Source: Malacoraja senta (taxonomy: Eukaryota). From it: DNA of 64,000 bases. This document shows, one piece after another, positions 12,245 through 23,264 of this stretch (positions are counted from its first letter, which is position 1; every line of letters begins with the position of its first letter). The stretch is from contig JAXLNO010000087.1 in NCBI GenBank assembly GCA_038087875.1, positions 1-64,000 on the forward strand, written 5' to 3'. The notes under the pieces were generated by a model that searched no databases, was not told the origin of the DNA, and was given only the letters and a program-made list of their open reading frames with translations. The translations under genes and the position numbers were made by a program.

Positions 12245-13424
12245 TACATAGACAATAGGTGTAGGAATAGGCCACTTGGCCCTTCGAGACATTCAATGTG
12301 ATCAAGGGTGATCATCCACAATCACTACCCCGTTCCTGCCTTCTCCCCGTATCCCTTGACTCCGCTAGCCCTCAGAGCTCTATTTAACTCTCTCTTGAAT
12401 GCATCCAGTGAATCACCCGCCACTGCCTTCTGAGGAAGAGAATTCCATAAATTCACAACTCTGGGTGAAAATGTTTTTCCTCATCTCAGTTCTAAATAGC
12501 CTACCCCTTGTTCTTAAACTGTGGCCCCTGATTCAGGACTCCCCAAACATTCCCAAATTAGGAGAGCAAAACGGCACACAATACTCCAGGTGTGGTCTCA
12601 CCAGGGACCTGTATAACTGCAGAAGGACCTCTTTGCTCCTATACTCAAATCCTCTCGGCAGGAAACATGTTCTCGATATTCGGGGAGTCCAGAACCAGTT
12701 TAAGAATAAGGGGTAGGCCATTTAGAATGGAGATGAGGAAAAACTTTTTAGACAATACACAATAGGTGCAGGAGTAGGCCATTCGGCCCTTCGAGCCAGC
12801 ACCATCATTCAATGTGATCTTGGCTGATCATCCCCAATCAGTACCCCGTTCCTGCCTTCTCCCCATATCCCCTGACTCAGCTATTTTTAAGAGCCCTATT
12901 TAGCTCTCTCTTGAAAGCATCCAGAGAACCTGCCTCCACCGCCCTCTGAGGCAGAGAATTCCACAGACTCACCACTCTCTGTGAGAAAAAGTGTTACCTC
13001 GTCTCCGTTCTAAATGGCTTACTCCTTATTCTTAAACTGTGGCCCCTGGTTCTGGACTCCCCCAACATCGGGAACATGTTTCCTGCCTCTAGCGTGTCCA
13101 AGCCCTTAACAATCTTATATGTTTCAATGAGATCTCCTCTCATCCTTCTAAACTCCAGAGTGTACAATCTCAGCTGCTCCATTCTCTCAGCATGACAGTC
13201 CCGCCATCCCGAGAATTAACCTTGTAAACCTACGCTGCACTCACTCAATAGCAAGAATGTCCTTCCTCAAATTAGGGGACCAAAACTGCACACAATACTC
13301 CAGGTGTGGTCTCACTAGGGCGCTGTACAACTGCAGAAGGACCTCTTTGCTGCTATATTCGATTCCTCTTGTTATAAAGGCCAACATGCCATTCGCATTC
13401 TTCACTTCCTGCTGTACCTGCATG
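12245..13424 (-). mobile_element. Rearranged CR1 LINE 3' fragments
   Basis: LVRPHLEYCVQFWSP and RMRGDLIETYKI peptides; two 3' ends with (ctattgt)n-type tails. Confidence 0.85.
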
Positions 13425-13425
13425 C

Positions 13426-13908
13426 GGGTGCGGCAGAGGTTCATCTGCACCTCCTCCAACCGCATCTATTGCATCCGCTGCTCTAGATGTCAGCTGCTCT
13501 ACATCGGTGAGATCAAGCATAGGCTTGGCGATCACTTCGCCCAACACCTCCGCTCGGTTCGCAATAATCAACCTGACCTCCCGGTGGCTCAGCACATCAA
13601 CTCCCCCTCCCATTCCGAATCCGACCTTTCTGTCCTGGGCCTCACCTCATATTTCGCTGGGGTAGTTTACACCCCAGCGGTACGGATATTGACTTCTCCA
13701 ATTTCAGGAAGTCCTTGCTTTCTCCCTCTTTCCCCTCCGCTTCCCAGCTCTCCCACAGCCCACTGTCTCCACCTCTTTCTTTCTACTTCCAGGCCCCCCA
13801 CCCCACCCCCACATCAGTCTGAAGAAGGGTCTCGACCCGAAACGTAACCTATTCCTTCGCTCCATAGATGCTGCCTCACCCGCTGAGTTTCTCCAACATT
13901 TTTGTCTA
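13426..13908 (+). mobile_element. Penelope-like EN/pLTR fragment fused to CR1
   Basis: IYCIRCSRCQLLYIGE peptide followed by the pLTR with a hammerhead-like core at about 13819-13846. Confidence 0.85.
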
Positions 13909-14337
13909 CAACAATTTGATTAATATTTTTGGTGATATAAGTTGGTCATTCTGATCATAGCCCTATATTAATAATCCTCAAAGCAATACTCTCTTACTTT
14001 CACATCCTTTATAATGTCCCAAAGTATCCAGCAAAGTGCCTTACCTAAATTGGGCATGAACCACACTTTCTTCAAACAGTCACTGTCAGTTTACTGGGGA
14101 ATCAATGTCAGATTCCAATGTCTGACAAAATTCCAGAAGTTAACAACAATTATTAAAGTAATTGTGATTAATGTTAAAAGAAAAATTAGTTCATGAGCGA
14201 ACACAAGTCTGTGCTCTTGAACCAAAGCCTGCATTGTTCCACCATTGCCCTGGCTACCAATGCACCGTGCCATCACTACAATGCTCCTAATGAAATATGG
14301 TTACTCTGAAGAAATAGATTGATTACTTTGGACATAC

Positions 14338-14475
14338 AAAGGTAATCGTCATCACGGAGCTCCCCTTCTTCTGTGTAAATTATTCTCTCCTTATTTCGTA
14401 AATTATAACTTATTTTTTCTGTCTCTTTGGTCATTTCCTCGCTTGTGGATCCCGAAGTCTTTCTGGTGGAGACAA
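14338..14475 (-). CDS. PRDM9: PRDM9 coding exon, SSXRD motif
   Basis: ttttttcag|TT GTC...CTT T|gtatgt, 138 nt, phase 1->1. Ends SYNLRNKERIIYTEEGELRDDDYL, the SSXRD pattern YxLRxxxxxxYxExxExxDDDYL. Not in the ORF track. Confidence 0.9.
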
Positions 14476-14696
14476 CTGAAAAAAGAAAGTCAAAAATAAA
14501 CCTAATTACATTGTTTCAAGTCAGATGAGTGGCTGACCTGTAAAATATGGAAGTTAGTTACATAATATGCAACATGTTCTATGAATTGAATTTAAATGAC
14601 ATGGTGGTAGTCACATGGTCATTATCTCATCTCAATTATTTACTGTAATGCACAAGACTCACTCATTTTGAGTTTCACTTTTACAAACAGAATTAC

Positions 14697-14796
14697 CTGT
14701 TGCTCTTTTGATTCTTTTCACCAACACTGTGCCTTCCTTCGTTTCTTCAGTGGCTCCTCCCAAATCTCCTTTGTCCTCCCCTGTATATGATGTGAC
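14697..14796 (-). CDS. PRDM9: PRDM9 linker exon
   Basis: catcacag|GTC...ACA G|gtaatt, 100 nt, phase 0->1, open (VTSYTGEDKGDLGGATEETKEGTVLVKRIKRAT). Phase fits both neighbours. Confidence 0.65.
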
Positions 14797-15217
14797 CTGT
14801 GATGAGATATTTTGTTGAAACTGTGATTTATAAGGACACAAATAAATTGTTTCTACTCTTCTCGATTATTTCTTCCATCGCATTATTAACTGAGATACTC
14901 AACTCAACTACTAATAAAAGCAGTAACTGCCTAGTGTGCAATATTTCATTGAGCTCTCACCTTTCATACTCTACTCTGAAATGAAGTTTAATATTGTCAG
15001 CAAATGTGGGGAAATGTGGGAACAATTGTCTCTCTTTCAATAATATAAATATATTTGTGAATGTTAGCACCTGACTCCACAGCAGTGATGATGATTTTTC
15101 TAAACAGCTGTCATTTCTGTCACGTAGAAAATAAAATGCTAATGTAGAGCCACTCTGTTAATTCATAAAAGCGTATTCTCACTTCTCCTTTTTGCTGGGA
15201 ATAATTTCTGTTCTTAC

Positions 15218-15288
15218 CTTTATGACAAGCTTTCTTTTGGTATTCTTGCCACTTTCATTCTTAAAAGGAGGCTTAAAGATTCGGAATC
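15218..15288 (-). CDS. PRDM9: PRDM9 linker exon
   Basis: ttcctcccaag|GA TTC...ATA AAG|gtaaga, 71 nt, phase 1->0, open (RFRIFKPPFKNESGKNTKRKLVIK). Supported by splice signals and phase fit only. Confidence 0.7.
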
Positions 15289-15593
15289 CTTGGGAGGAAA
15301 AAGTGACACATCAGTGTTGCTTTGGAACAATAGTTTGGAAATTCTGGATATTTCTAATGTAATTGAATTAAAAATAAGCAAAATATCACAAAAGTAAAAA
15401 ATTAGTAAAAGTAAATTTGTACTTAATGAATAACACATTTGGAAAAATATATTAAATTTAACAAATATTCCACCACTCCAAAGATAAGAATAAAATCACC
15501 CTTGCAACAGATTCCATAGGCTAATGCACAAATTGATTAGATTCAATTATATTTGAAAAACTGCATTTAATATTTCAAACAGATTTAAATTAC

Positions 15594-15716
15594 GTTGTGG
15601 ATTTTTTGTCAGAAGTTTAGGTGTCCAATCCTCATCTGACTCGCTGGATTCGTATACTTGGGTTGGACACCTTCTGCTCCGATTGGTCATAAATTCTGGC
15701 TTTGGTACGTCTAATC
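15594..15716 (-). CDS. PRDM9: PRDM9 coding exon, end of KRAB region
   Basis: ttcacag|GA TTA...CAA C|gtaatt, 123 nt, phase 1->1. GLDVPKPEFMTNRSRRCPTQVYESSESDEDWTPKLL resembles the PRDM9 GL...PxFM...SDExWTP motif. Confidence 0.9.
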
Positions 15717-17929
15717 CTGTGAAAAATAAAACACGCTCATCATCTGTTATGGCCACAACTTCAAGTATTTATCTTCATTGAACTTACCCGTGCAAAATAT
15801 CTGTGGAAACATTGCTTTGCAATGTTATCGTTATTAAATTCCTCCAGAGTATTCATGCTTATTCAATTGATCATGTCTACTTGACGAAGACAGCAAATAA
15901 CCTTTAAATTATTTTTCAGTTAAAGAATAATCAGCGGATGAGTATGTGTCTATTTCTGGGTCAGAAATCGCAATAACCAATCTTTCAGTTTCACACATCT
16001 GTGTGGTAAGTGAAATAGATCAGAATCCTTCTTTCTATTCCTCCAGGTTTAAAGTAATGGCTCATTCTTGCTGCCTGTACTGACAGTGACACTTTGTGCC
16101 ATGGTTGGGTAAATGGATTGAATAATGAACAACCAGGGCAATCCACCTCTTCATCAATGGGAACATTGACCTTTGTCCAATCTCTGATTTCAGGACTGTG
16201 ACTAGTACAACATTAAAAAGCATAACTGGGCCCCAATGTCTGTGGGTTTGTGTTATACATGGTCACCATCTTCTGAATGACATCAAGCTTTGGTATTGAT
16301 TGTAAAGTTAGTCCAATTTGAGATCACTGATGGGAATTTTTGAATATTGGTGAGGAACCTCACCAGGAGGAAATAGTAATTAGAAGCAAAACTGTACACA
16401 CCCTGCTGCCAATAATCTGGGACTAATCACGTCTGCTGGGTGTGCTCATTTCATCAAAAGTGGCATTACAAATCTAACAGGTTGACACACCTTGACTTTG
16501 CAAGGCATTAATATATCAGGCAGGAGTTTATGTCTTGGGACCTTTCCAATTTTCCAATGACCAGTGTGTGTGCACATAACAATGAGGGCAGGAACAGATA
16601 CAGCAACATTTACTTCTAAACATTATCTTTCAGACATTTGTTTATTGATCTAAAGAACGAGGGCATCACAGGCAGAGCTGGCATTTCCTGTTCTTTCCAA
16701 ATTGCCCCATGTGTGACGGAGCAGAACGTGGAGGTTGTGGTGCTCCCATGCACCCATTGCCCTCAACCTTTATGGTGTAGAGGCCACAGGTTTGGGATAT
16801 GTTGTGAAAGAAGTCTTACCACAAACACTCCAGTGCATTAAGGAGATAGTAAACAGTGCATTTCCGGCTGGTGAAACCAATGTACTTTTGAATGAAGGGT
16901 GCCAAGCTTCTTGAGTGTTGTGGAAGATCTCTTCCAGGGATGTTGAGATATATTTCAATGTCCACTTTGATATCCCTTGTTTATGGGCAATTTCTTGGTG
17001 TAGAGGATAACTGTTCCAATTCCATCTCTGTCAGCTTTGAGAGAATTGATTCTGTAGGTCTTGGAGTAAGGTAAAGATTCTGCTGCTGAGTCTTTATGAG
17101 TGAATGGCTTATGAGGTTGGGGACAGGATATTTTTGACACTCTTTGATTTCCTGAAGAGACCGGGTTCAAAGGGCCTTCCAGGTTGTCCTCCTCCATTTT
17201 GAACAGCCATAGATCAAGGATTCCCACAAATTATTCATGCTGTTACATTTTCATAAAGGGCTGCCATAAAGTATTTTCTGCATTCTACAAGATCTTGAGC
17301 CTTGATGCCACTTTGTTAATCTGGGTGAAACCAATGCCTATGGTTTACTTAATCCTGTCAATTAATTTGCAGGATTTTACAGGATAGCCGTCGGTTTACG
17401 TTTATTGTAGTCACGTGTATGCAGTACAGTGAAAAGCTTTAACTTGCATGTTATCCAATCAAATCACACAATACAATACATCACAAGTACAAAAGATAGA
17501 GTGAAGGGAAAGATGGCAGACTGCAAAATATATATTTCTCAGTATTGTCATGCAACTGTTCCAGAGAAAATGAGAAGTTAAGAGAGGAACTTCAAGGATA
17601 AAACACAAAGTGCTGGAATAACTCACTCAGGCATGCACATGTGATGACACAGGCTTGTTTGATCCCGATCCCAATTTTTCCCAACTTATGTCAAGTTTAT
17701 TGTTGTATGTATGTACGATGTAGATACAATGAAAGGCTACTTTGCAGAATCATCACAGGCTTAGAGACGGAAACACATAAAACATTAATTATACAGCAAT
17801 TCTGTAAGACTGTTACGAGAGGACTGTGTAAATCTACAAGACATCAGTCAAATCATGTTGTTATGAAAAGTCCATGGTAGTGCAAGAGGAACTACGGTTG
17901 CATTAGGATTGCACAAATGGATTCAAGAA

Positions 17930-18245
17930 TATAGTTGTAGGAAAGTAGCAGATCCTGAAACTGTTGGTGTGGGACTTCAGGCTTCAGTACCTCCTAACTG
18001 ATTGTAGCAGCGAGATGAGAGAACGGCCCGGATGAATGGGAACCTTGATGACCGATGCCGCCTTCTTGAGGTGGGTTCTCATGTAGATACTATTGATGGT
18101 GGGGAGAAGTGTGCCTGTGATGGACTGGGCCGAGTTCACCACACCATACAGCCTCTTGCATTCCTGTGCATTGGATTGCCTTAGCAGGCCAAGATGCAAC
18201 CAGTCAGGATACTTTCTACAGTACATCTGTACAAGTTTGTTAAGA
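17930..18245 (-). mobile_element. Rex1/Babar LINE RT C-terminal fragment
   Basis: VVNSAQSITGTLLPTINSIY...IKVPIHPGRSLISLLQSVRRY resembles the Rex1 C-terminus (AQxITGxxLP...HPGxxLFxLLPSGRRY). Confidence 0.7.
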
Positions 18246-18540
18246 GTTCAGCTAGAGGTTATTGTTGCAGCACCACTCAACCAGAGTTTCCCTCTCTCTC
18301 TCTAGTGTCCAGTTGCAAAGGAAGGTAGAGAACGAGGTATTGGACCTTATTGGTCATTTGGAGGGGATGATAGGGTTGAATACCAAGCCATAGTTGATGA
18401 AATGGAAGGATCTAACCAAGTACCTGGCTCAGAAAGCACATATCTATTTAGTGTTTATGTGGGGGTAACAACTCATGTCAGCATGCATCATTAGAAAAGG
18501 GCAAAAAGGGAAAAAAAGTCATATCATATTTTGTACAAAC

Positions 18541-18664
18541 CAATGGCAACCATGGCTTCATAATTCCGTTTCATGTTCTTATAGCGGATCTTCTCCCAGT
18601 CCATTAGTTCTTCAAACGCTTTCTTGGAAAAATAGCCAGCAATGTCGTTGAAATGGTCAGTATC
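18541..18664 (-). CDS. PRDM9: PRDM9 coding exon, KRAB domain
   Basis: ttttccag|GAT...ATT G|gtttgt, 124 nt, phase 0->1. Encodes DTDHFNDIAGYFSKKAFEELMDWEKIRYKNMKRNYEAMVAIG, matching the PRDM9/SSX-type KRAB pattern FxDIxxYFxxxxxxxxxDWEKxRYxNxKRNY. Confidence 0.92.
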
Positions 18665-19609
18665 CTGGAAAAACAAACATTGTACCTGATACACTTTGGT
18701 GCATAATCTGTAATCATCAGACGTTAATTCCAAAACAGATATAAAAATAACATTTTTTAATTTAATACAGGACAATTCAAGGATAAAGTATCACAACTTA
18801 AAATTAAAGGGTAACTTCATTTGGAAATAAATGAAATATTTCTTCGCTCAGAATATAGTGAGTTTTTTTTCTAGGGTTGAAATAAATCAGCAGTTAATTG
18901 CATTCCAGCAAGATCAAAACATTATTGATTCCAAGAGGTAATAAACTATATCACAGTAAGAGAGGAAACTGCATTTAAAGTGCGGGTCAGGCATGATCTG
19001 CCTGAAAGGTCCAGACCCAAAATGTTGCCCATCAAGATTCAAGATTGCAGCTTCCAGCCAACAGACACCAGTGTCTACATTTGTGGCAATGAAGACAGTG
19101 ACTAGCATGGGCTTCCCCCACACTGGTCAGGAGCAGCACCCAGTGGCTGCTGCAAAACTACTATTGTAAACAAGAATAAATTGTCAGAGATATTCAGCAA
19201 GCCAGGCAGCATCTGTGGAGGGAGAAATGGAGTGAATGTTTCAGGTTAATATTCTTTCCTCACAGCTGGGGAAAGTTGCCAGATGGAGACTGACAACTAG
19301 AAGGATGAGGGAGATGGTCTGAATGCCCCCCCCCCCCAGATCAATATTAATGTCAGTGATCCACTCCAGAGCCCAGGGAACTCATCCACTCCTCACTGAC
19401 ACCAAACCCTGGGGTTGTGATGGTCTGAGAAGGAGCAGCAGCATCTCCCCCGTTCCCAGCCCCCAAGAGGACATTTATCCAGCATCTTCTGCCCGCTCTC
19501 CATGTCAAAGCTCCCTGGAGTCTGACCTCTGAACCCTGCATCCCAGACATGGTCTCGTCTCCTTCAGCAGCTCCTCGGTCTCCCTTCCTGAGCTCAGACA
19601 CCCACTTCT

Positions 19610-19978
19610 CCTCACCTCACCTACGCTCACTTCTCCTCACCTACACAACTACACCTGGACTAAACCCCTCGCCTCGACGATACCTCACACCTCACTACGA
19701 AACCTCGCCTCCACTAAGCTTCACCTCAACTAAACCTCACACCTCACTAAACTTCACCTCACACCTAAACCTCAACTCACTAAACTGCACCTTGATTAAA
19801 CGTCCTCAACTAAACCTCGCACCGCGACTAAATCTTCGCCTCAACTAAACTTTACCTCAACTAAACCCTCAATCACCTCGACCAAACTTCACCTCAGCTA
19901 AACCTCACCTCAGATAAATTTCACATCTCACTAAACCTTGCTTCAATTAAACCCCTCGTTCAACTAAACCTCACGTCG
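19610..19978. repeat. Degenerate ~16-bp tandem array (ctaaacctcacctcNa)
   Basis: Recurrent ACTAAAC at about 16-nt spacing, running directly into the 18-mer array. Part is copied at 23857-24084. Confidence 0.8.
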
Positions 19979-20571
19979 ACTAAACTCCACCCCACGACTA
20001 AACTCCACCCCACCACTAAACTCCACCCCACCACTAAACTCCACCCCACCACTAAACTCCACCCCACCACTAAACTCCACCCCACCACTAAACTCCCCAC
20101 CACCACTAAACTCCACCCCACCACTAAACTCCACCCCACCACTAAACTCCACCCCACCACTAAACTCCACCCCACCACTAAACTCCACCCCACCACTAAA
20201 CTCCACCCCACCACTAAACTCCACCCCACCACTAAACTCCACCCCACCACTAAACTCCACCCCACCACTAAACTCCACCCCACCACTAAACTCCACCCCA
20301 CCACTAAACTCCACCCCACCACTAAACTCCACCCCACCACTAAACTCCACCCCACCACTAAACTCCACCCCACCACTAAACTCCACCCCACCACTAAACT
20401 CCACCCCACCACTAAACTCCACCCCACCACTAAACTCCACCCCACCACTAAACTCCACCCCACCACTAAACTCCACCCCACCACTAAACTCCACCCCACC
20501 ACTAAACTCCACCCCACCACTAAACTCCACCCCACCACTAAACTCCACCCCACCACTAAACTCCACCCCAC
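19979..20571. repeat. 18-bp minisatellite (CCACTAAACTCCACCCCA), about 33 copies
   Basis: Near-perfect tandem array with one variant unit near 20095. It explains the VVGWSL and GGVEFS ORFs. Confidence 0.98.
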
Positions 20572-20589
20572 ACCTAACCCCCCCCCCCT

Positions 20590-21000
20590 CCACTACTCGC
20601 CGCCTCTCTGCCGCTCCCGCTATTTATAGCCCCTCCCCCCCGGGCCGTTGACGGCGCCTCCTCACGTGAGCGGCGGCTCCAACCAGACGCGGGTCACGTG
20701 AACAGCTCGAGCCTGCGGCTGGAAAAGGCGGCAAAAGCCGTCGCGAGTCTCCCGTCTCCCCCCAACCTCGCTTTCCCGTCGCCGCGTCGCTGAGGGGGAG
20801 GGGCTGCGGCCGCCGCGGGGGGGGCGGGGCTTGGAGATACGTCAACGTCAGCGCGCGTGCGCGTCTCCCGACTCGGGCAGTGCGCCTGCGCCGCTCTCCG
20901 CGCTCGGCCCCTCCCCCCGGCCGCGGGACAGCGAGGACAGCTCGAGCTCTCGGCGGCTTTTGCCGCCTTTTCCCGCCGAGGGCACGAGCTGTCCACGGGA
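20590..21000 (-). promoter_or_regulatory. CpG-island promoter, probably of PRDM9
   Basis: CpG-dense. Minus-strand TATAAATA at 20621-20628; TCACGTGA at 20662-20669 and 20694-20701; CAACGG (MYB-type) at 20645-20650; GGGGCGGGGC at 20821-20830; ACGTCA half-sites at about 20839-20850; NRF1-like GCGCGTGCGC at 20853-20862 and TGCGCCTGCGC at 20881-20891. Lies 2 kb upstream of the KRAB exon. Confidence 0.7.
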
Positions 21001-21039
21001 CTAATGAAATAATTAATAACCAGGGAGTCAGGGACTTGT

Positions 21040-21300
21040 GTGGCAGCTGCTGCGGTGATGCACCTCCTGCAATGCAGCAGTACCTTGCAGTGGAGCAGCT
21101 GCTGCAGTGATGCATCTCCTGCAATGCAGTTGTACCTTGCAGTGGAACAGCTGTTACAGCGGAGCAGGTGCTGCAGTGGAGCATCTCCTGCATTGAAGCC
21201 CCTCTTGCAGTGGAGCATCTCCTGCAGTGGAGCATCTCCTGCATTGAAGCCCCTCCTGCATTGAAGCCCCTCTTGCAGTGGAGCATCTCCTGCAGCTGCA
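21040..21300. repeat. Degenerate tandem repeat (tgcagtggagcatctcctgcattgaagcccctct variants)
   Basis: Repeated TGCAGTGGAGCA and CCTGCATTGAAGCCCCTC modules. Confidence 0.8.
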
Positions 21301-22127
21301 GGGAAAGTTCAAGCCTCCACCATCTCCTCAGGCAGCGTGTCCCAGATTGCAACCACACTCCGGGTGAGTTTAATCTCATCCATGTCCGTTTTATTGTTCT
21401 GTTAGTATAGTCTGGTCTGCAGTTCCTTGTCCCATCATCTTATTCTAATTGCTGACTCCAAATACTACGTTTTTCCTCATCTGTTCTTGCCCCATCAGAG
21501 ATATTATCCCCTTTGTTCCACCAATCCACCACGACCTCTCTCTACAACTGAAAAACAACTTGTTTTTGATGCTGTTTCCTACTCTGGTGAAGGGTCTCTG
21601 ATCTGAAACTGAACTGTTTCTCCACAAATGCTGTCTAACCTGCTGAATGTTTTTTGAATTTTCTTCCATTTTTATTTCAGATTTTCAGCATGTGCGGTTC
21701 TTTGCTTTACACGTTCATTTTGATGTTGTGACCTGTCAACAATGAATCAAAGGAGATCAGATACGTGGTGTCGTAATCTACTGGGATTCAAGTAACTAGT
21801 AAGTGTTTCAATGGGAAGGTTCTGCCTGCTCGGGATTAGACTCCATTTTAGTTTAGTTTAGAGATACAGCGCGGAAACAGGCCCTTCAGCCCACCGAGTC
21901 CACGCCGACCAGCGATCCCCACACACAAACACTATCCCACACACACTAGGGACAATTTACACTGAAACCAAGTAGACCGTGGGCCGAGGTGCTTTTTCGT
22001 TTCATTTTATGACCCAGATTACGTATTTACCTGTATTTGTAATATATTCTGTAAAACTATTACAGAAATCATACCTGAAACTCGTCAAGAACAAAACCTG
22101 CACATATTTTTAAAATATGAGAAAAAC

Positions 22128-23264
22128 CTTAAAAGGAGGCCTAAAGATTCTGAATCCGTGGGAAAAAATTGACACGTCAGCTCTGCCTTGGAGAAGCACA
22201 GACAGAATCTCAATAGTTTGGAAATTTTGGATATATCTAATGTAATTGAGTTTAAAATAAGCAACATATAAAAGTAAAAATTAGGAAAAGTAAATTTGCA
22301 CTTAATGAATAACACATTTGGAAAAATATATTCAATTTAACAAATATTCCACCAAGTTAAGAATATAATCTCCCTTGCAACAGATTTCATAGGCTAACAG
22401 CCAAATTGATTAGAATCAATTATATTTGAAAAACTGCATTTAATATTTCAAACAGATTTAAATTATGTTGTGGATTTTTTGTCAGAAGTTTAGGTGTCCA
22501 ATCCTCATCTGACTCGCTAGATTCATAAACTTGGGTTTGACGCCTTCTGCTCCGATTTGTCCTGAATTCTGGCTTTGGTACATTTAATCCTGTGAAAAAT
22601 TAAACATGCTCATCATCTGTTATGGCCAACTTCAGGTATTTATCTTCATTGAACTTACCCGTGCAAAATATCTGTGGAAACATCACTTTGCAATGTTATC
22701 GTTATTACTATTTCCTCCAGAGTATTCATGCTATTATTCAATTGATCATGTCTACTTGACAAAGACAGCAAACAACCTAAAAATTATTTTTCAGAGTTAA
22801 AGAATAATCAACCAGCATGAAGAATATGACGGATGAGTATGTGTCTATTTCCAGGTCAGAAATCGCAATAACCAATCTTTCAGTTTCACACATCTGTTTG
22901 GTAAGTGAAATAGATCAGAATCCTTCTTTCCATTCCTCCAGGTTTAAAGTAATGGCTCATTCTTGCTGCCTGTACTGACAGTGACACTTTGTGCCATGGT
23001 TGGGTAAATGGATTGAATAATGAACAACCAGGACCATCCACCTCTTCATCAATGGGAACATTGACCTTTGTCCAATCTCTGATTTCAGGACTGTGACTAG
23101 TTGCAACATTAAAAAGCGTAACTGGTCCCAATGTCTCTGGGTTTGTGTTGTCCATGGTCACCATCTTCTGAATGACATCAAGCTTTGGTATTGATTGTAA
23201 AGTTAGTCCAATTTGAGATCACTGATGGGAATTTTTTGATATTGGTGAGGAACCTCTCCAGGAG
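22128..23264 (-). pseudogene. PRDM9: Degenerate partial duplicate of PRDM9 (copy of 15260-16369)
   Basis: Collinear diverged copy. Its 123-nt exon (22467-22589) has donor GT->AT. The next exon is truncated and its acceptor is AG->CG (22157-22158). Confidence 0.85.

Noticed and set aside
19960..20593. 203/209-aa ORFs of VVGWSL or GGVEFS repeats; possible CRISPR-like array
   Set aside because: Stop-free reading of an 18-bp minisatellite; no spacers, eukaryotic context.
21300..21372. Plus-strand donor CGG|GTGAGT suggesting a divergent exon
   Set aside because: The sequence reads as an antisense CR1 3' fragment (VVAIWDTLPEEMVEA-like).
20624..21379. Long GC-rich ORFs across the CpG island
   Set aside because: Low-complexity repeat and GC-rich stop avoidance; no recognisable domain.
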